Shown: positions 24,199-36,026 of the stretch, in pieces
Position numbering within the stretch: the stretch's first letter is position 1
How the letters are laid out: every line of letters starts with the position of its first letter
Origin: Nemertoderma westbladi
Taxonomy: Eukaryota; Animalia; Xenacoelomorpha
DNA length: 44,698 nt
Assembly (NCBI GenBank): GCA_032718475.1
Contig: JAUCBJ010008616.1
Coordinates: forward strand, 1 to 44,698
Direction: 5' to 3'
Position numbers and translations under genes: made by a program
The notes under the pieces: generated by a model
The model's database searches: none
What the model was told of the DNA's origin: nothing
What the model saw: only the letters and a program-made list of their open reading frames with translations

Positions 24199-25422
24199 TG
24201 TACGCGCTTTTGAAGACCTTTAGCAGTTTAACCTGCCAAAATTTATATGTCTTTTGGTTTATAAATAGACTTTAGAAATTGACAAATATTTAATACCAAT
24301 AAACACAACATTAGCAGAAGCCAGCCTAGTGCGCGTCCATTCACCCGCTGGATATACCCGGGAGACTGGATTCTGAGGGCTTAGATTGTTATTGCAGTGT
24401 AAGCTTACTGTATTATTCGATTGATCGTTAATAAATAATTTCTGACTAATATTATTCACTTTCGGGAAATATTAACAGTTCCTTTAGGACGTGGCGCTCT
24501 ATCTAGGTAAACAGAGATATGACTTATACTAAACACAACGGTAAGTCGGTAAGGCTTATGATTCACGTATGAGGCGCATTCTTTAGGAAATGCTTAGTTA
24601 TCAGCCACAATCATGCACACTACCGGTAACGCACAATACTGCACACTAATCTGCCGACCGTCAATGAATTTTATCATACATAAAGAGAACAGCAATTGAC
24701 TCATGTAGTGCCTATCAAATAGCATTAAACTCACTACAAACCACGATAATATAAGTCGCAATCGCTATATGTAACCTGTCTCTCTAACCTGTAGTGTATC
24801 AAGAAAATTGGGAAATTTGGGTTCTTTATAGATGTTCTCCAAATAATATTCAACCAACTGATACAAAATAATAACAACAGTAAAAGCATTAAGACGGTAG
24901 GTTAAGATATGATATGACAATGTATGTGCCGATTGAGCCGATAACAGTTATACGTTCTATAATCTAAGCCTACTAATGTTTCTTCTAAAGTCTGAAACGA
25001 ATTGACTCTAGAGCCGGTGTTCCTGGCCTAGATAGAAACAACACAACAGTAACAAAAACACTCTCTGACTCTAACACCGTTGCAGGTATCTTTTTACACA
25101 GAGAGGAATAGCTCTCATTGGCAGAACACCAGATTCCACAGGTTCCACGAATATCTAAATGCCGAACTATCAGGATTTTTGCAGCCCTTGGCCAACACAC
25201 GAAATGAGTCACTCCGCTCGGTTGCCCTGGTTGCATACTCTGCTGCTATAGCTCTGGTTGGCCGATAGAACATAGCAAAGAGCCCCTCGTATAACAAATC
25301 AGCCAATCAGCCGGTCGCTTTGCATCATTCGAGTTAGAGAGCTTTTTAGAGTATTCCAGCGCCTGGGGGGGAACTGGATTGCAAAGCAAAAGGGCCAGTT
25401 ACATCCCACAAAAGCTTTTACA
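24199..25422 (-). repeat. 3' LTR of element 2 (1224 bp)
   Basis: Direct repeat of 36319-37542 at offset 12120. Confidence 0.97.
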
Positions 25423-25431
25423 CCGCTCCCA
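25423..25431 (-). promoter_or_regulatory. Polypurine-tract position of element 2
   Basis: The minus strand reads TGGGAGCGG then TGTAAA, identical to the junction in element 1. Confidence 0.8.
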
Positions 25432-25501
25432 GAAAATGGGATTTGAGTCTATAAAATATACAAAAATCACAGTTTCTAATATACGTAAATACTCTAAACA
25501 G

Positions 25502-26952
25502 TTAGTCTTTCTTGCGCGGACGGCGTTTACGCAGTTTTTTAAAGCTGGCCAGAGTCTTTTTCTCTTTGGGGCGAGCCACTTTACAAGGAGGGCTATAACT
25601 CCTGGGTGAAGGGTGCAATATGATTGCATCAGAGGGTGCAGGATTAGGGTCGGTGTATCCGCCGGTCGAAGTGCCGGGTTGGTTGACATCAACGTCGGGG
25701 GAGAGGGGTCTAACAGCCTTTAGAGCGCGTTTTAGGACGGCCGCTCTTACGGGTCCTTTACGAGTGGTCTGAACGAGAGCCGTGGGTGGACCATAGGCAG
25801 TCAGAAACTTCCTGGGTTTAATGGTTCTTTCCAACTCGCGTTCGCGGGCTCGGTATTCGTAAGGCCGTCGATATACTTCCTGTAACTCGGGGTGTGAGTT
25901 AACAAATAAGTCTCCATAGCTCGGATCCTGACGGATAAAATTGATTAAGTTATAGGAGTGAATGTCGCTAGGATTAATACTCCTGAGAAATTTGCGTACG
26001 AACTTGGTTGAAATACATTCTCCGACGCGCTTCAGTAGTTCGTAACTCGATATGCGTGATTTCTGTTCGACAGAAGCGAATAGATAAGGATGGAACGCAT
26101 AAACTCCTTCGTAAGCGCGTCCAGGATAATAACGATGGCGCGAATCACAATGTAAATCAGTGTTCGCTTCCCAAGCTCTGATGTAACGTAGTGTGATCAT
26201 TTCATCTACGCTTTCCAAATTGTGATTAAAAAAGGGCAATCGAAACTGGCGTGTCCCTTTAGTTGACGATGGTGACATTGAGTCATAAATTGAGGGCAAA
26301 CCGCAAAAATGTGCAAGTTATTGAGTCTGCAATACGCACAATAAATTTCCATCGCCGGTTGTTCGTGGAAATAGGAACAGCGGACGTTTGTGTCCATGGG
26401 CGTAACATGGTCTCTCGATGCGCATAACCGACAACGTTGCCGAGAAACATAGTTGGCATGGCGATAATCGTACGCAGTGAGACACTGTGGACCTTGATAC
26501 CATTCTAGGATGTAATCGTTGTCGCTGTTCCGGGCGCGATAGGCTGAATCTCCTCAGATTCTAGGCATATTGGTTCGTCTTCCCAGTCTGTTACGAATAG
26601 AATTTTCGTGATCTATTCTCGGTTTATCGTTACGACTCCGCTGGGTATGATATTTAAATAGAACCATTTTCCTTTCGGTGTCTACATCGTCCGTATCATG
26701 TAAATCGATAGGATGGCCGGTAGTTAGGAAGTCCATATACGTACTATTACGATGCGTATAGCGAGCGGTGAATTTTCGATAGTTCAATTCACGCGTAAGT
26801 TGCTCTTGGGACATCGGCGGTTCGATATAACGACCATCGTCCTCCGTAATGGTTGGATCGGTTTCACCGCGTATCAAGCTATCCACAAATGCTTGTAAAG
26901 GTAGAGTATATCGCTCCCTGATACCAAGATCATCTTCTATCAACTCCGTCAT
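25502..26952 (-). pseudogene. Accessory ~483-codon gene with three zinc-knuckle-like motifs and a basic C-terminus; one in-frame TGA and one -1 frameshift
   Basis: ORF 26952-26554 continues in frame past TGA (GDSAYRARNSDNDYILEWYQGPQC...CRLCASRDH...) into ORF 26397-26206. A -1 shift in the T6 run at 26228-26233 joins ORF 26299-25502, which ends KKLRKRRPRKKD. Confidence 0.75.
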
Positions 26953-27771
26953 ATCTGCTATCTGAGTTTATTAATATCGAAATGAGTTTATGTTTAGGCG
27001 AGCGGACGTCGCTGCCTACTTCTCTTTGCCCCCGGACAGTGGGATTCTCAGCGCCGATGTACCGTCGTCGCGGTGTTTACGCCAACATGTAGCAACAGCA
27101 CGACAACGATAACCGGCACAAGTCACTCCACTGTCCGTCCCAAAGGCTTGGATCCACTTAGGTTCTTTCTATAGGAGAGTTGGGTTACTTTCACAATTGC
27201 GACTAGCTACTGTAAACATACTTTAGCAGTAACATTCACCTATAAACGCACAAATTCCACACAACTGTCACCAATTGTACACATACAGGCCATTTGTCCG
27301 TTAGTCAGTGCCTTCCAGAATGTCACGTTATTACTGTGTATCTTTGGATACTAACAGTGTGCTATGCATTCTCTATGCTAGGCAATGGGACAAGCTTTCT
27401 ATTGTTCTTTTAACTTGCTTCTAATTCTAGCGTGGGTGTTGCTATGGTGACATTATGGAAAGCTAGCGGTAGAATTATGGTAATTCTCATGCATACAGAT
27501 CTGGAATGCTATTTAATAGTAATTCTTTAATTGTCAATATCCTCTTTATACATGATTTTATTAATTTTATTGGCTATTGACTATATGTCGGAGATTCTCG
27601 CACTCTTATACACTCAATATGATGAATCTCCGCTCCCATGATCTATTAATTAATGGAATTTTGGGAATGTTATAAATTGCACAAGATGACAATTTATGAA
27701 ATTCATTTAAAAATATGAATTTAAATTTATTCCCGTGAATTTTATTATTTGATGTTAAAATTGACACAATT

Positions 27772-28060
27772 TTTATTCCAGAGCATGTCTGGGGACTGAG
27801 GATCCTTAATTCTATAAAATTGTCCTTTAAGAGCATCGGTAAGTGCTGCGATATCTTAATTGACTAGAAATTTTAAAGGATCTGAATTTTACAGATTTTA
27901 ATAAATATTAAATTAATATTTAAGATGGGCACCGATTTATTCCAGAACTTGTCTGGGGACGTTAACCACTGATTCTAGAATTTGTCTTTCAAGTATATCG
28001 GTGGGTGCCGCGATATCTTAATCGACTAGAATTACAGATGGTCAAAAGGTTTAACAGATT
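27772..28060. repeat. Two diverged ~130-bp direct repeats in the element 2 internal region
   Basis: TTTATTCCAGA...TGTCTGGGGAC...GCGATATCTTAAT.GACTAGAA occurs at ~27772 and ~27936. Confidence 0.75.
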
Positions 28061-28583
28061 TATTTGCGTTTTACGCTACTGTTATAGGGACATCATGCTA
28101 CTATATGTATTATTTAATATACGGTAGAAGAGCAATATCGCACGAAGCAATGTCAGTGTGAAGAGGCAAGTCGTTTCCAAGGTCTACCCAGAGCTTGGTT
28201 TAGCCGAGACACGAGGATCTGAACTTTGCATTCCTAATACTCTGCCTACCAATAATACTTGAATATAGTAGTGGCTTTATTGTACTTTAATAAGTACGGA
28301 CATTTCATCTTACTGTAGTCACGTATTTATAATATGATACGGACAGTAAGGAAAGAGAAAAAATAATTATTTCTCGCCGTCGCACTAAATATATATTATA
28401 AGTAATTACGTACGTAATAAACACTAATATATTGCACTAATCTACTAAATAATCACTAAAATAACATTCTACTAAATAAAATTAAAGGAAACGATTATAA
28501 TAAAATTACATAATAATACATACATAAATATAAAATAAAAACAAATATAAAATGATACAGTCACACGCCCACTCCATATGCTA

Positions 28584-28731
28584 TCACGTTATGGAGTCCC
28601 TAGATATTCGTCGGATTAGGGAAGTGGTCGTAGGAAGAGTATCTTGCCTTCCATAGTTTCCGGACAGTTTTCGGTCTCTTTCCAGTAAACATAAACGACT
28701 AGCTGGGCGATTGAGTTTTTGTGTTACTTTC
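28584..28731 (-). pseudogene. Remnant extreme C-terminus of BEL/Pao integrase
   Basis: KVTQKLNRPASRLCLLERDRKLSGNYG aligns with element 1 KTGKKLDRPIQRLCLLEQDSERIGSYG. Confidence 0.8.
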
Positions 28732-29994
28732 TCCGCTCCCTTGGCCTGTCTACGCTTGCGTCCTTCTGGGCTCTTCTCTGATGACTCCGAGGCGCACCCA
28801 TGAGGCGGACGCTGTCCCACCACCCTTGGGGCCAGTCCGACTCCGATCAGACTGGGCTGGAGGGTAGCCTGATGCTTCCCGGGTTCACTTTTCAATCCCC
28901 CGATCACACCGGCACAGCTCGTCGGTGTAGCCAGATGGTCGGCTACTGTCAACTTACTGTGGCCTGACTGTACATTGAGCCAACTCAAAGAGTCAACCGG
29001 CGGGTGGACCAGTCGATAGCGATCGAGCATCAAGGTCGCCCTTGAGCCAAACCGACGGTCTTGTCCCATGTGGGCTTTCGCTACCCAGCATGGAATATTG
29101 ACACGTTTTCACCCGCCTCGCCGGCAGTATTGAGGGGAAGTCGGTTCCGCAAACAATACTGACTAGCTCGAAAGCTAGGAACAAGTCACCACTTACCAGT
29201 CACTGTACACGTGTACTCAATAGATGCTCACGAAATCAAGTACACAACGGTAAACACAAATCTGACGCATACCATGCACACACAGAGGACATAATCGGGG
29301 AGGACAAAATCGGTGACAAAATCAGAGGGGACAAAATTGTATCGACTGATAAAAGAGTCGAGAGTACCTTATTTTGCCGTCAGGGCAAAATAACTTTGTG
29401 TGCACAAAGTATGCTGGGGCGCAGTAAAGATATGGTCCTACTAATAACCAGAGGCAACTGAACCAACCGGTAAGGGTTCCCATACCCACTCGCAGTGGCC
29501 ATACATACACTCACGTATACCACGTACACACACAAACCACAGATTCCAGAGTATCATTCACTCGGACCACACTACAACACCAACCCCTCCTTGCAGCCGA
29601 TATTCCGGGTGCCACCTCCATTCCAATAGTAGTACCAACAGAATCACCAGGAACCTGTCCATTCCGATGCAACACCTCCATTCCAATAGTGCTACCCTGG
29701 GAAAAGACACGTTTTGGCAACCGATCGGAGACAGTAAAGAGTCTGGTCAACTCATACATACCACACATAGACCTACCACATAAACCACAGATCACACTAA
29801 GCCACCACCCCTACTGTGTACAGGACTGGCAGTACGGCAACAGGCCGACTAGACGGTACCACGGCACCATGTTGATTCATGGTTCGTCAGACACGAGGGC
29901 CTTCAGTATCTCCCTAGCACTATACCACGGATTTAACGTGCCCCCAGACCCTCACGAGTCCGCCGCCGCCTGATGGAGACCCCCTATAGAGACC

Positions 29995-32900
29995 TCACCT
30001 CTTTAGGATCTCCGCCGTGGTAAGATGAGGAGGCCAATCTTCTTCTTCTTTACTTAAGAAGTCGGATCCACCTAACCAGCCTGGAGTATCTATCAGTTCT
30101 TGAGGAGTTGCTCCTCTGGAAGCGATGTCGGCTGGATTAATCGTCCCAAGGCAATGTCTCCATTGATCTACATTGGAGTTAATATCGTCATTATCTGAGG
30201 AGTATGGTGTTCCTTCAGTTGGATCGTCCACATCACTGCTCTCCACTTCCCATTCCTTTACTTGGTATACCTGTTGTTGAGGTAATCTCTCTTTGAGAGT
30301 TCTACGGGAAGGGCCAGTGAAGTACCAACCTACTCTAGTTCTTACCGCATAGGTTTGTAGTGGCTGCGGTTGAGCAGGCCGTTTCTCCAATGTCTCGAGC
30401 GCCTCATGCGCGTTTTGGCCGATGAGTATTTGCACTCCAGGATAATCTGTCTGGAATCGAGGTATCTTAAGCTGTTGGATGCTCTCATCCTCGTCCCAAT
30501 TATAAAGGTCTGCTTGGGTAGTAGCGAAGTTCTTTATAGCCACCATTTTTACCGACCTTATACCTTGTGCTCCTAATTTATCCTGGGGGGTGGACAACAC
30601 ACCTACATAGTAGTCTGCCGTTAGGGTAGATTTCCAAACCTGCATAATTCCTGACATATTCAATTTAGTCCGGAATTTGGGTTGTCCAGCAAAAATATCT
30701 TCGGCTAGTTCTTGATCGATGAATGTTCCTGTGCTGCCGGAGTCAAGGAGGGCGTTCACTATGTAACTTTTGTTAGGACCATGAACTCTTACCTGCACTA
30801 CAGGAAATTCTCTGATTCCTACGTTGGAAGTTGGAGGTTTCCAAGATGGTTGTCTGTCAAAGGTAGTTGGGGGGAACTCATTGTCGGTGTCCTTTTCATA
30901 CGTAAGTGCTCGATACACTGCGGTATTTATTAGGTAACAGGATTCGTTGGCGTCGGAGAATTCGTCCGTATAGAATCCTTCCATCTCAGACTCTTGATCA
31001 GTGTCATTTACATCACTGAATTGGACATGTAGTTCGGGCTCACTTACCTGACTCGGGTTGTCTCGTTCGAACTCACTGTGTAACAAGATGTGATGTTTCA
31101 CGCCACACTTTGCACACTTTACGTCGGAGTAACAGGTTCGCCGTTGGTGTCCTGATCTGAGGCAATTATAGCATAACCGCTTATTCCACAGGACTGCACG
31201 TCTGTCTACAAGGGATTTCTTTAGAAATTCAGCACACGCACTCAAACAGTGGGGCCCGTCGCACAGCGCACATTTTGGTTTGATGTTACTCACCTTACCT
31301 TGGGTAACGTTATGCACTCTCGTTCTTTCTTCGGGCTTTCTTCCGTAAATTCTCTTAGGAGACGTAGGAGGAGTTGTTGTTACCTGTTCTCTCCTGTCAC
31401 TGGTTCGAGACTTGTATTTACTTACGTCTTTATAGGTCTTGTTGTCATAGTAAGATTTTGCTGTGTCTTTCCCACTGTCCTCTTCTTGAGAAGCTTGGCT
31501 TTCGCCGTCGTCAGTATAACACACTGGTATTATCCTTCGCCTAGAAACGGGTTTCTCACTTACCTTATTTTCCGATGTTTTCTCTCTGGACTGCTTTATG
31601 AGTTGTAATTTTACTTCACTATCTAAGAAGGACATGAGATCAGCCATGGTAGGGCTTCGTCGTTGCTGCTCATTCATATACAACACTTTCTTGTCCCAAC
31701 GTGTACATACTCCACCCTTAGGTAAAGTAGAGACTACGGCTCCAATAACCATGGAACTCTGATATTCATGAGACTTACCTAACCAGTCCAATTGTCTACA
31801 GATCTCCTGAATCTCATCGGAAAACTCTATAATCCCGCTACTAAGGAAGTTTCGGGGGGCTACTAATTTTGCATACAAATACTTAGCTATGTTATCCTTG
31901 TTACCATACCTGATGTTTAATGTATCCCAAACTTGTCTTAATCCTTCTGGATGTCCAATAAACTTTAACGCCATTAACTTGGGAGGTCCTTCCAAACACT
32001 TGATGAGGAATCTAAGCTTCTCTCCGTTAGATAGTACAGAGTTCTGTATGCTATCTTTGTAATATTCATTGAAAGGTAACCATTTCATCTCATCTCCATT
32101 GAATTTGACGATCTCTCCCACCTTAACCGCTTGGCGGGCTTCTGTTCTAGCCATCTGACGCGTAAAGCTTTCTTGGGCCATCGTGTTATTTAATATCGAA
32201 TTATCGGTATATAAATTTCTCGGATCATTATCAGGTCTATAGGGAATATCATTAACAACAGGTTTATAATCACCCTTAATAGGGTTTGCTATAGGAGTTT
32301 CTACTTCACTAGCAGTATAGATGCGTGTAGGCTCCACACCTTGCGCATGTAATACTTCAGACCTAACAGGTTGACACCATGTTACAGGGGGTATTGGTAT
32401 CGCTTTTTGTATATTGACTAATTTGTCGCGTTCTAGAGCGATACTTTGCTGCACTTCTTGCAATTCGGCCCTACCTTCCCTTACTGTTCCCTTAAGTTGG
32501 TGGACAGTCTCCTGCATCTGTCCGAGCAGGAGATTCATCCCCCGCCGTCCCTCCTCTACCCACTCGACCGCCGAAGCGGGAGTTGCCAACATTGTAGAGG
32601 GCTGACGCGGGATGACGGGAGACAAATCTTTGATTTCTCTCTCAGCTTCCAGGACAGGGATATTCTCATGGACTGTTCTACCGGGTACAGGCAGTGTAGT
32701 ACTGTGTAGAGGGAATTTAGAGTTAAGCTCTGGAAGTACAGGGGTCTCTAGCACAGGAGTGGCTTTGGGAACGACAGGCCTAATTATTTCAGGCTCATCA
32801 ACTATGGTAGGGAGTCTTTTGACCTTAATAATTTGGTCTGTGGGTTCTGTACTACCTAAGTCTGTGCTAGCTAGTTGTCTTCTGACAGCTGGGGGCAAAT

Positions 32901-33966
32901 CAGGCAGTTTATGACGGTGAGATGTTTTTCTACGCCTGCTTAGACGAGATCTATTTCCTCCGCCTTCCGGATCGGTGGTCTCGCCTTCTTCCGATGATGT
33001 GTATTCTTGGCGTTTGGGAGTAGATCGACTCATCATCTGCATTTGACTAGCAGTTAACTGTTTATTTATGTTGTCTTGCGTCTCTTGCAGATTTTCCAAC
33101 TCCAGTTGGGTAGTCTGCTCAGACGCTCTCCGTTCTGCTTCTGCCACTGCCTTTGCCGCCTTTCTTTCCGCTTCTGCTTCTGCCGCCGCTGCCTTTCTTT
33201 CTGCTTCTGCTTCTGCCGCCGCTGCCTTTCTTTCTACTTCTGCTTCTGCCATGGCCGCCGCCTTTTGTTCCTCTATCCGTCTTTTCTTTACTTCTTCTTC
33301 CTGGACTCTAGCGAGGCGAAGTTTTTCATCAAATTTAGCTTGGTTTGCAGCTAACATTTCCGCATCGATTGCGTCCAACACAAGCTTGGTTCCTTCACTA
33401 TTAGGGCGAAGTCCAGACAGTCGTCTCCTCAACTCTTCGTCTCCTATGAATCGCTGATAGTCTGACAGATAGATGTCAATGGCGTCTCTAGTTCGCGGCT
33501 TCTCTGCTGCTGTTAATTCGCTTTCCACTTCGCTTTCCACCTCGCTTTCCACTTGAGAAGAAGTGGCGTCGGTTGATTCTTCATAGGTTGGCCGCTCATC
33601 ATAAACCGTATCCGCCATCTTCGCTCCGCGTTCGGGCGTCTGCTCAACAGTATCCGAACTACTGGAGCTATCGGGCCGCTGAGAACTAGGTTCTTGGCTA
33701 GGAGGTTGCTGCTGTTTTATAGCTTCTTCTTGATCCCGCTTGACTTGGGCCCGAGTACCTATGGCAGACCAACGGCGCTTCACTAACTTCGCAAATTGCG
33801 AAATCTTTTCTACCAACCTAGGTTCTGACACAACCACCGCAGGGGTTGCCCTTCTTACAGTATGAGGGGTTTCAGACCTCGGTCTGGGATTCTCTACACT
33901 TTGGTCTGAGAAACAGGCTGTTGTTTCTAGGAGACTATCTGACAGAGTTTGCCTTGTGTCAGCCAT
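29995..33966 (-). CDS. gag: BEL/Pao gag-protease ORF fused in frame to an RNase H C-terminal fragment
   Basis: Open 1323 aa. KFNGDEMKWLPF...EKLRFLIKCLEG gag block; knuckles CALCDGPHCLSAC, CYNCLRSGHQRRTC, CAKCGVKHHILLH; protease ALLDSGSTGTFI; ends with WRHCLGTINPADIASRG...WLGGSDFL...WP. No RT motifs. Confidence 0.94.
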   Translation of the reverse strand: MADTRQTLSDSLLETTACFSDQSVENPRPRSETPHTVRRATPAVVVSEPRLVEKISQFAKLVKRRWSAIGTRAQVKRDQEEAIKQQQPPSQEPSSQRPDSSSSSDTVEQTPERGAKMADTVYDERPTYEESTDATSSQVESEVESEVESELTAAEKPRTRDAIDIYLSDYQRFIGDEELRRRLSGLRPNSEGTKLVLDAIDAEMLAANQAKFDEKLRLARVQEEEVKKRRIEEQKAAAMAEAEVERKAAAAEAEAERKAAAAEAEAERKAAKAVAEAERRASEQTTQLELENLQETQDNINKQLTASQMQMMSRSTPKRQEYTSSEEGETTDPEGGGNRSRLSRRRKTSHRHKLPDLPPAVRRQLASTDLGSTEPTDQIIKVKRLPTIVDEPEIIRPVVPKATPVLETPVLPELNSKFPLHSTTLPVPGRTVHENIPVLEAEREIKDLSPVIPRQPSTMLATPASAVEWVEEGRRGMNLLLGQMQETVHQLKGTVREGRAELQEVQQSIALERDKLVNIQKAIPIPPVTWCQPVRSEVLHAQGVEPTRIYTASEVETPIANPIKGDYKPVVNDIPYRPDNDPRNLYTDNSILNNTMAQESFTRQMARTEARQAVKVGEIVKFNGDEMKWLPFNEYYKDSIQNSVLSNGEKLRFLIKCLEGPPKLMALKFIGHPEGLRQVWDTLNIRYGNKDNIAKYLYAKLVAPRNFLSSGIIEFSDEIQEICRQLDWLGKSHEYQSSMVIGAVVSTLPKGGVCTRWDKKVLYMNEQQRRSPTMADLMSFLDSEVKLQLIKQSREKTSENKVSEKPVSRRRIIPVCYTDDGESQASQEEDSGKDTAKSYYDNKTYKDVSKYKSRTSDRREQVTTTPPTSPKRIYGRKPEERTRVHNVTQGKVSNIKPKCALCDGPHCLSACAEFLKKSLVDRRAVLWNKRLCYNCLRSGHQRRTCYSDVKCAKCGVKHHILLHSEFERDNPSQVSEPELHVQFSDVNDTDQESEMEGFYTDEFSDANESCYLINTAVYRALTYEKDTDNEFPPTTFDRQPSWKPPTSNVGIREFPVVQVRVHGPNKSYIVNALLDSGSTGTFIDQELAEDIFAGQPKFRTKLNMSGIMQVWKSTLTADYYVGVLSTPQDKLGAQGIRSVKMVAIKNFATTQADLYNWDEDESIQQLKIPRFQTDYPGVQILIGQNAHEALETLEKRPAQPQPLQTYAVRTRVGWYFTGPSRRTLKERLPQQQVYQVKEWEVESSDVDDPTEGTPYSSDNDDINSNVDQWRHCLGTINPADIASRGATPQELIDTPGWLGGSDFLSKEEEDWPPHLTTAEILKR

Positions 33967-35315
33967 GTTTGATTGTACAGTTGAATGCCTACTGCTATAT
34001 TACAGTTAAAGCAAGTCTAGTAATTCAGTATCACTGTTAGCCTAGTAATTAATTACCGATACTGCTACTCAGTGTAGCGTAATATATATATAAGTATTAT
34101 TACAGACTAGATTTGTCACAGAGTACCGGTATATAAATTTAGCACAAATATATATAAATATATAATAGGCCTATCGTGAATACCGGTATACAGCTGACAC
34201 TTATAGTATATATAAGTATAATTATTACAGACTAGAATTAATTACAGAATACCGGTATGATTTCAGCCCAACTTTATAGAAATAAATATAATAAGCCTAT
34301 GGTAAATACCGGTATGTCAATTATTTTAGAATAATTGAATTTCTCAATATTTTAGGGTTACTTGGTTACTTTAACTTACTTTATTACCGTTATTTAAGCA
34401 GTAGTCCAACTGATATTGAGACCTAGTTGTTGTATGGCAGGCCTACTATTTATAAATCGTTTGAGTTGATTTATAATATATATATACCCGTTTAAAATGG
34501 GTCTTGTCAATATTTGAAATAAATGTTATTATTTCTGGGGAAGTCACTACACAGAAGCTGTGCGCTCTCAGTGAAGTGCTACTTATGGGACACTAAAACA
34601 GATAATTCTAATTTACCTAAGTTACTTAATACTACAAATTGCTTACGATACGGGTGAGATTAAATTTAAATCTCTAATTAAACACAACAAAATATTACGT
34701 ACGAAATTTTTTAGGGTAATTTTACAGGAAGTCTACAAACCAGCCTAACAAAGGGTTAGAATTCTGGTTATTACAACGAACAGGGTACTACGGTATTTGA
34801 AATAATAAGTAGTAGTAAATATATTGCACTGTCCAGATAGGAAAAATACCACCGCCTGACGACCTATAGCCGTATCGCTATAGGTCTACGTTATGTATCA
34901 CGGAGTGTTCCTACCTGGAAGTTAATTACCGCGGACTACCAGATCCAACATGCCTATTAACCACTTTACAACACAAATATACTGCCTACACACTAATTAC
35001 CTTCGGAAAGCACTGTACACTGAACCCTAAATTAGGTACAAGTACTGGTACAACAAATAATCAGTAGTTAAATATACTTGAACAGTTAAAAGAACCACGG
35101 CATCTGCTGGAGTGACCGGAGCACAAAGTCACCAGTCTTTACCTACGCCAAGCAGCCTGTGTAGTACCGGGGTTAATTTAACTATAACGGTATGTGTAAC
35201 AAGCACAATTACTGTAGGAATAAACTTGGGGACATGAATGTTGCGAATAATCGCATAAACTCTGAATAATAAATATTACGCTACCCGTACAGAATACTCA
35301 AACAAAATACAAACC

Positions 35316-35788
35316 AAACGCTGGCAGACCACCATCAAGCCTAAATAAACTACAGTATGTGCAGATTCCAAAATGGTTAGTTAGTATGCGTTCTAACACG
35401 GTAGTACGACTTATTCTTTAAGAGGGGATTGACCTTACAGCTCTGGCTGCCCCAACTTACTAACTGGCACTTTATCAGACAAACTCTACACACGCAGCAA
35501 TCTCTTCAGACCTAATAATAGCTAGACAACAATCCAGCCTACAAAATATCTGAGTAATAACTATTACGGTACCTGAACAGACCACACAAACAAACACAGG
35601 CCAAAACGCTGGCAGAATACTGTCAAGCCTAAATAAACTACAGTATGTGCAGATTCCAAAATGGTTAGTTAGTATGCGTTCTAACACGGTAGTACGACTT
35701 ATTCTTTAAGAGGGGATTGACCTTACAGCTCTGGCTGCCCCAACTTACTAACTGGCACTTTATCAGACAAACTCTACACACGCCGCAA
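35316..35788. repeat. About 185-bp direct duplication (offset 288) in the element 2 leader
   Basis: CTAAATAAACTACAGTATGTGCAG... is identical at 35341 and 35629 through ...AAACTCTACACACGC. Confidence 0.9.
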
Positions 35789-36026
35789 TTCCTCCAAACC
35801 CAACAACAATCCGACAACAGTCCGGCCTACAGTTATCTGAGCAATCTGAGCAGACTTACACGTCTTCAGCTCAATATTAACTTACTAGGAAATAAAACTG
35901 ACAGAAATAAGTAAACTATACAAAAGAATGAGGGGTGATCAATCCCTATTCCCCTGGCAGCCTACAATATACAATAGATCACAATCGAAATAATACTAAT
36001 GTACTTGTACTGGAAGTACCGGTTAG

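Noticed and set aside
14341-24199. One composite element or inverted duplication made of both LTR elements
   Set aside because: The LTRs differ in length and sequence and element 2 has its own TSD, so these are independent insertions.
24259-25306. Short ORFs repeated at 24259-25306 and 36379-37426
   Set aside because: They are duplicated only because they lie in the LTRs; short and without domains.
25502-26952. env gene
   Set aside because: No signal peptide or transmembrane segment; the Cys/His knuckles and basic tail indicate a soluble protein.
28584-29069. 161-aa ORF as a separate gene
   Set aside because: Only the last ~50 codons are recognisable (integrase tail); the rest runs across a chimeric junction.
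30370-34040. Plus-strand ORFs overlapping element 2 gag, and minus-strand ORFs over element 1 such as 4715-5347
   Set aside because: Antisense shadows of long coding frames.
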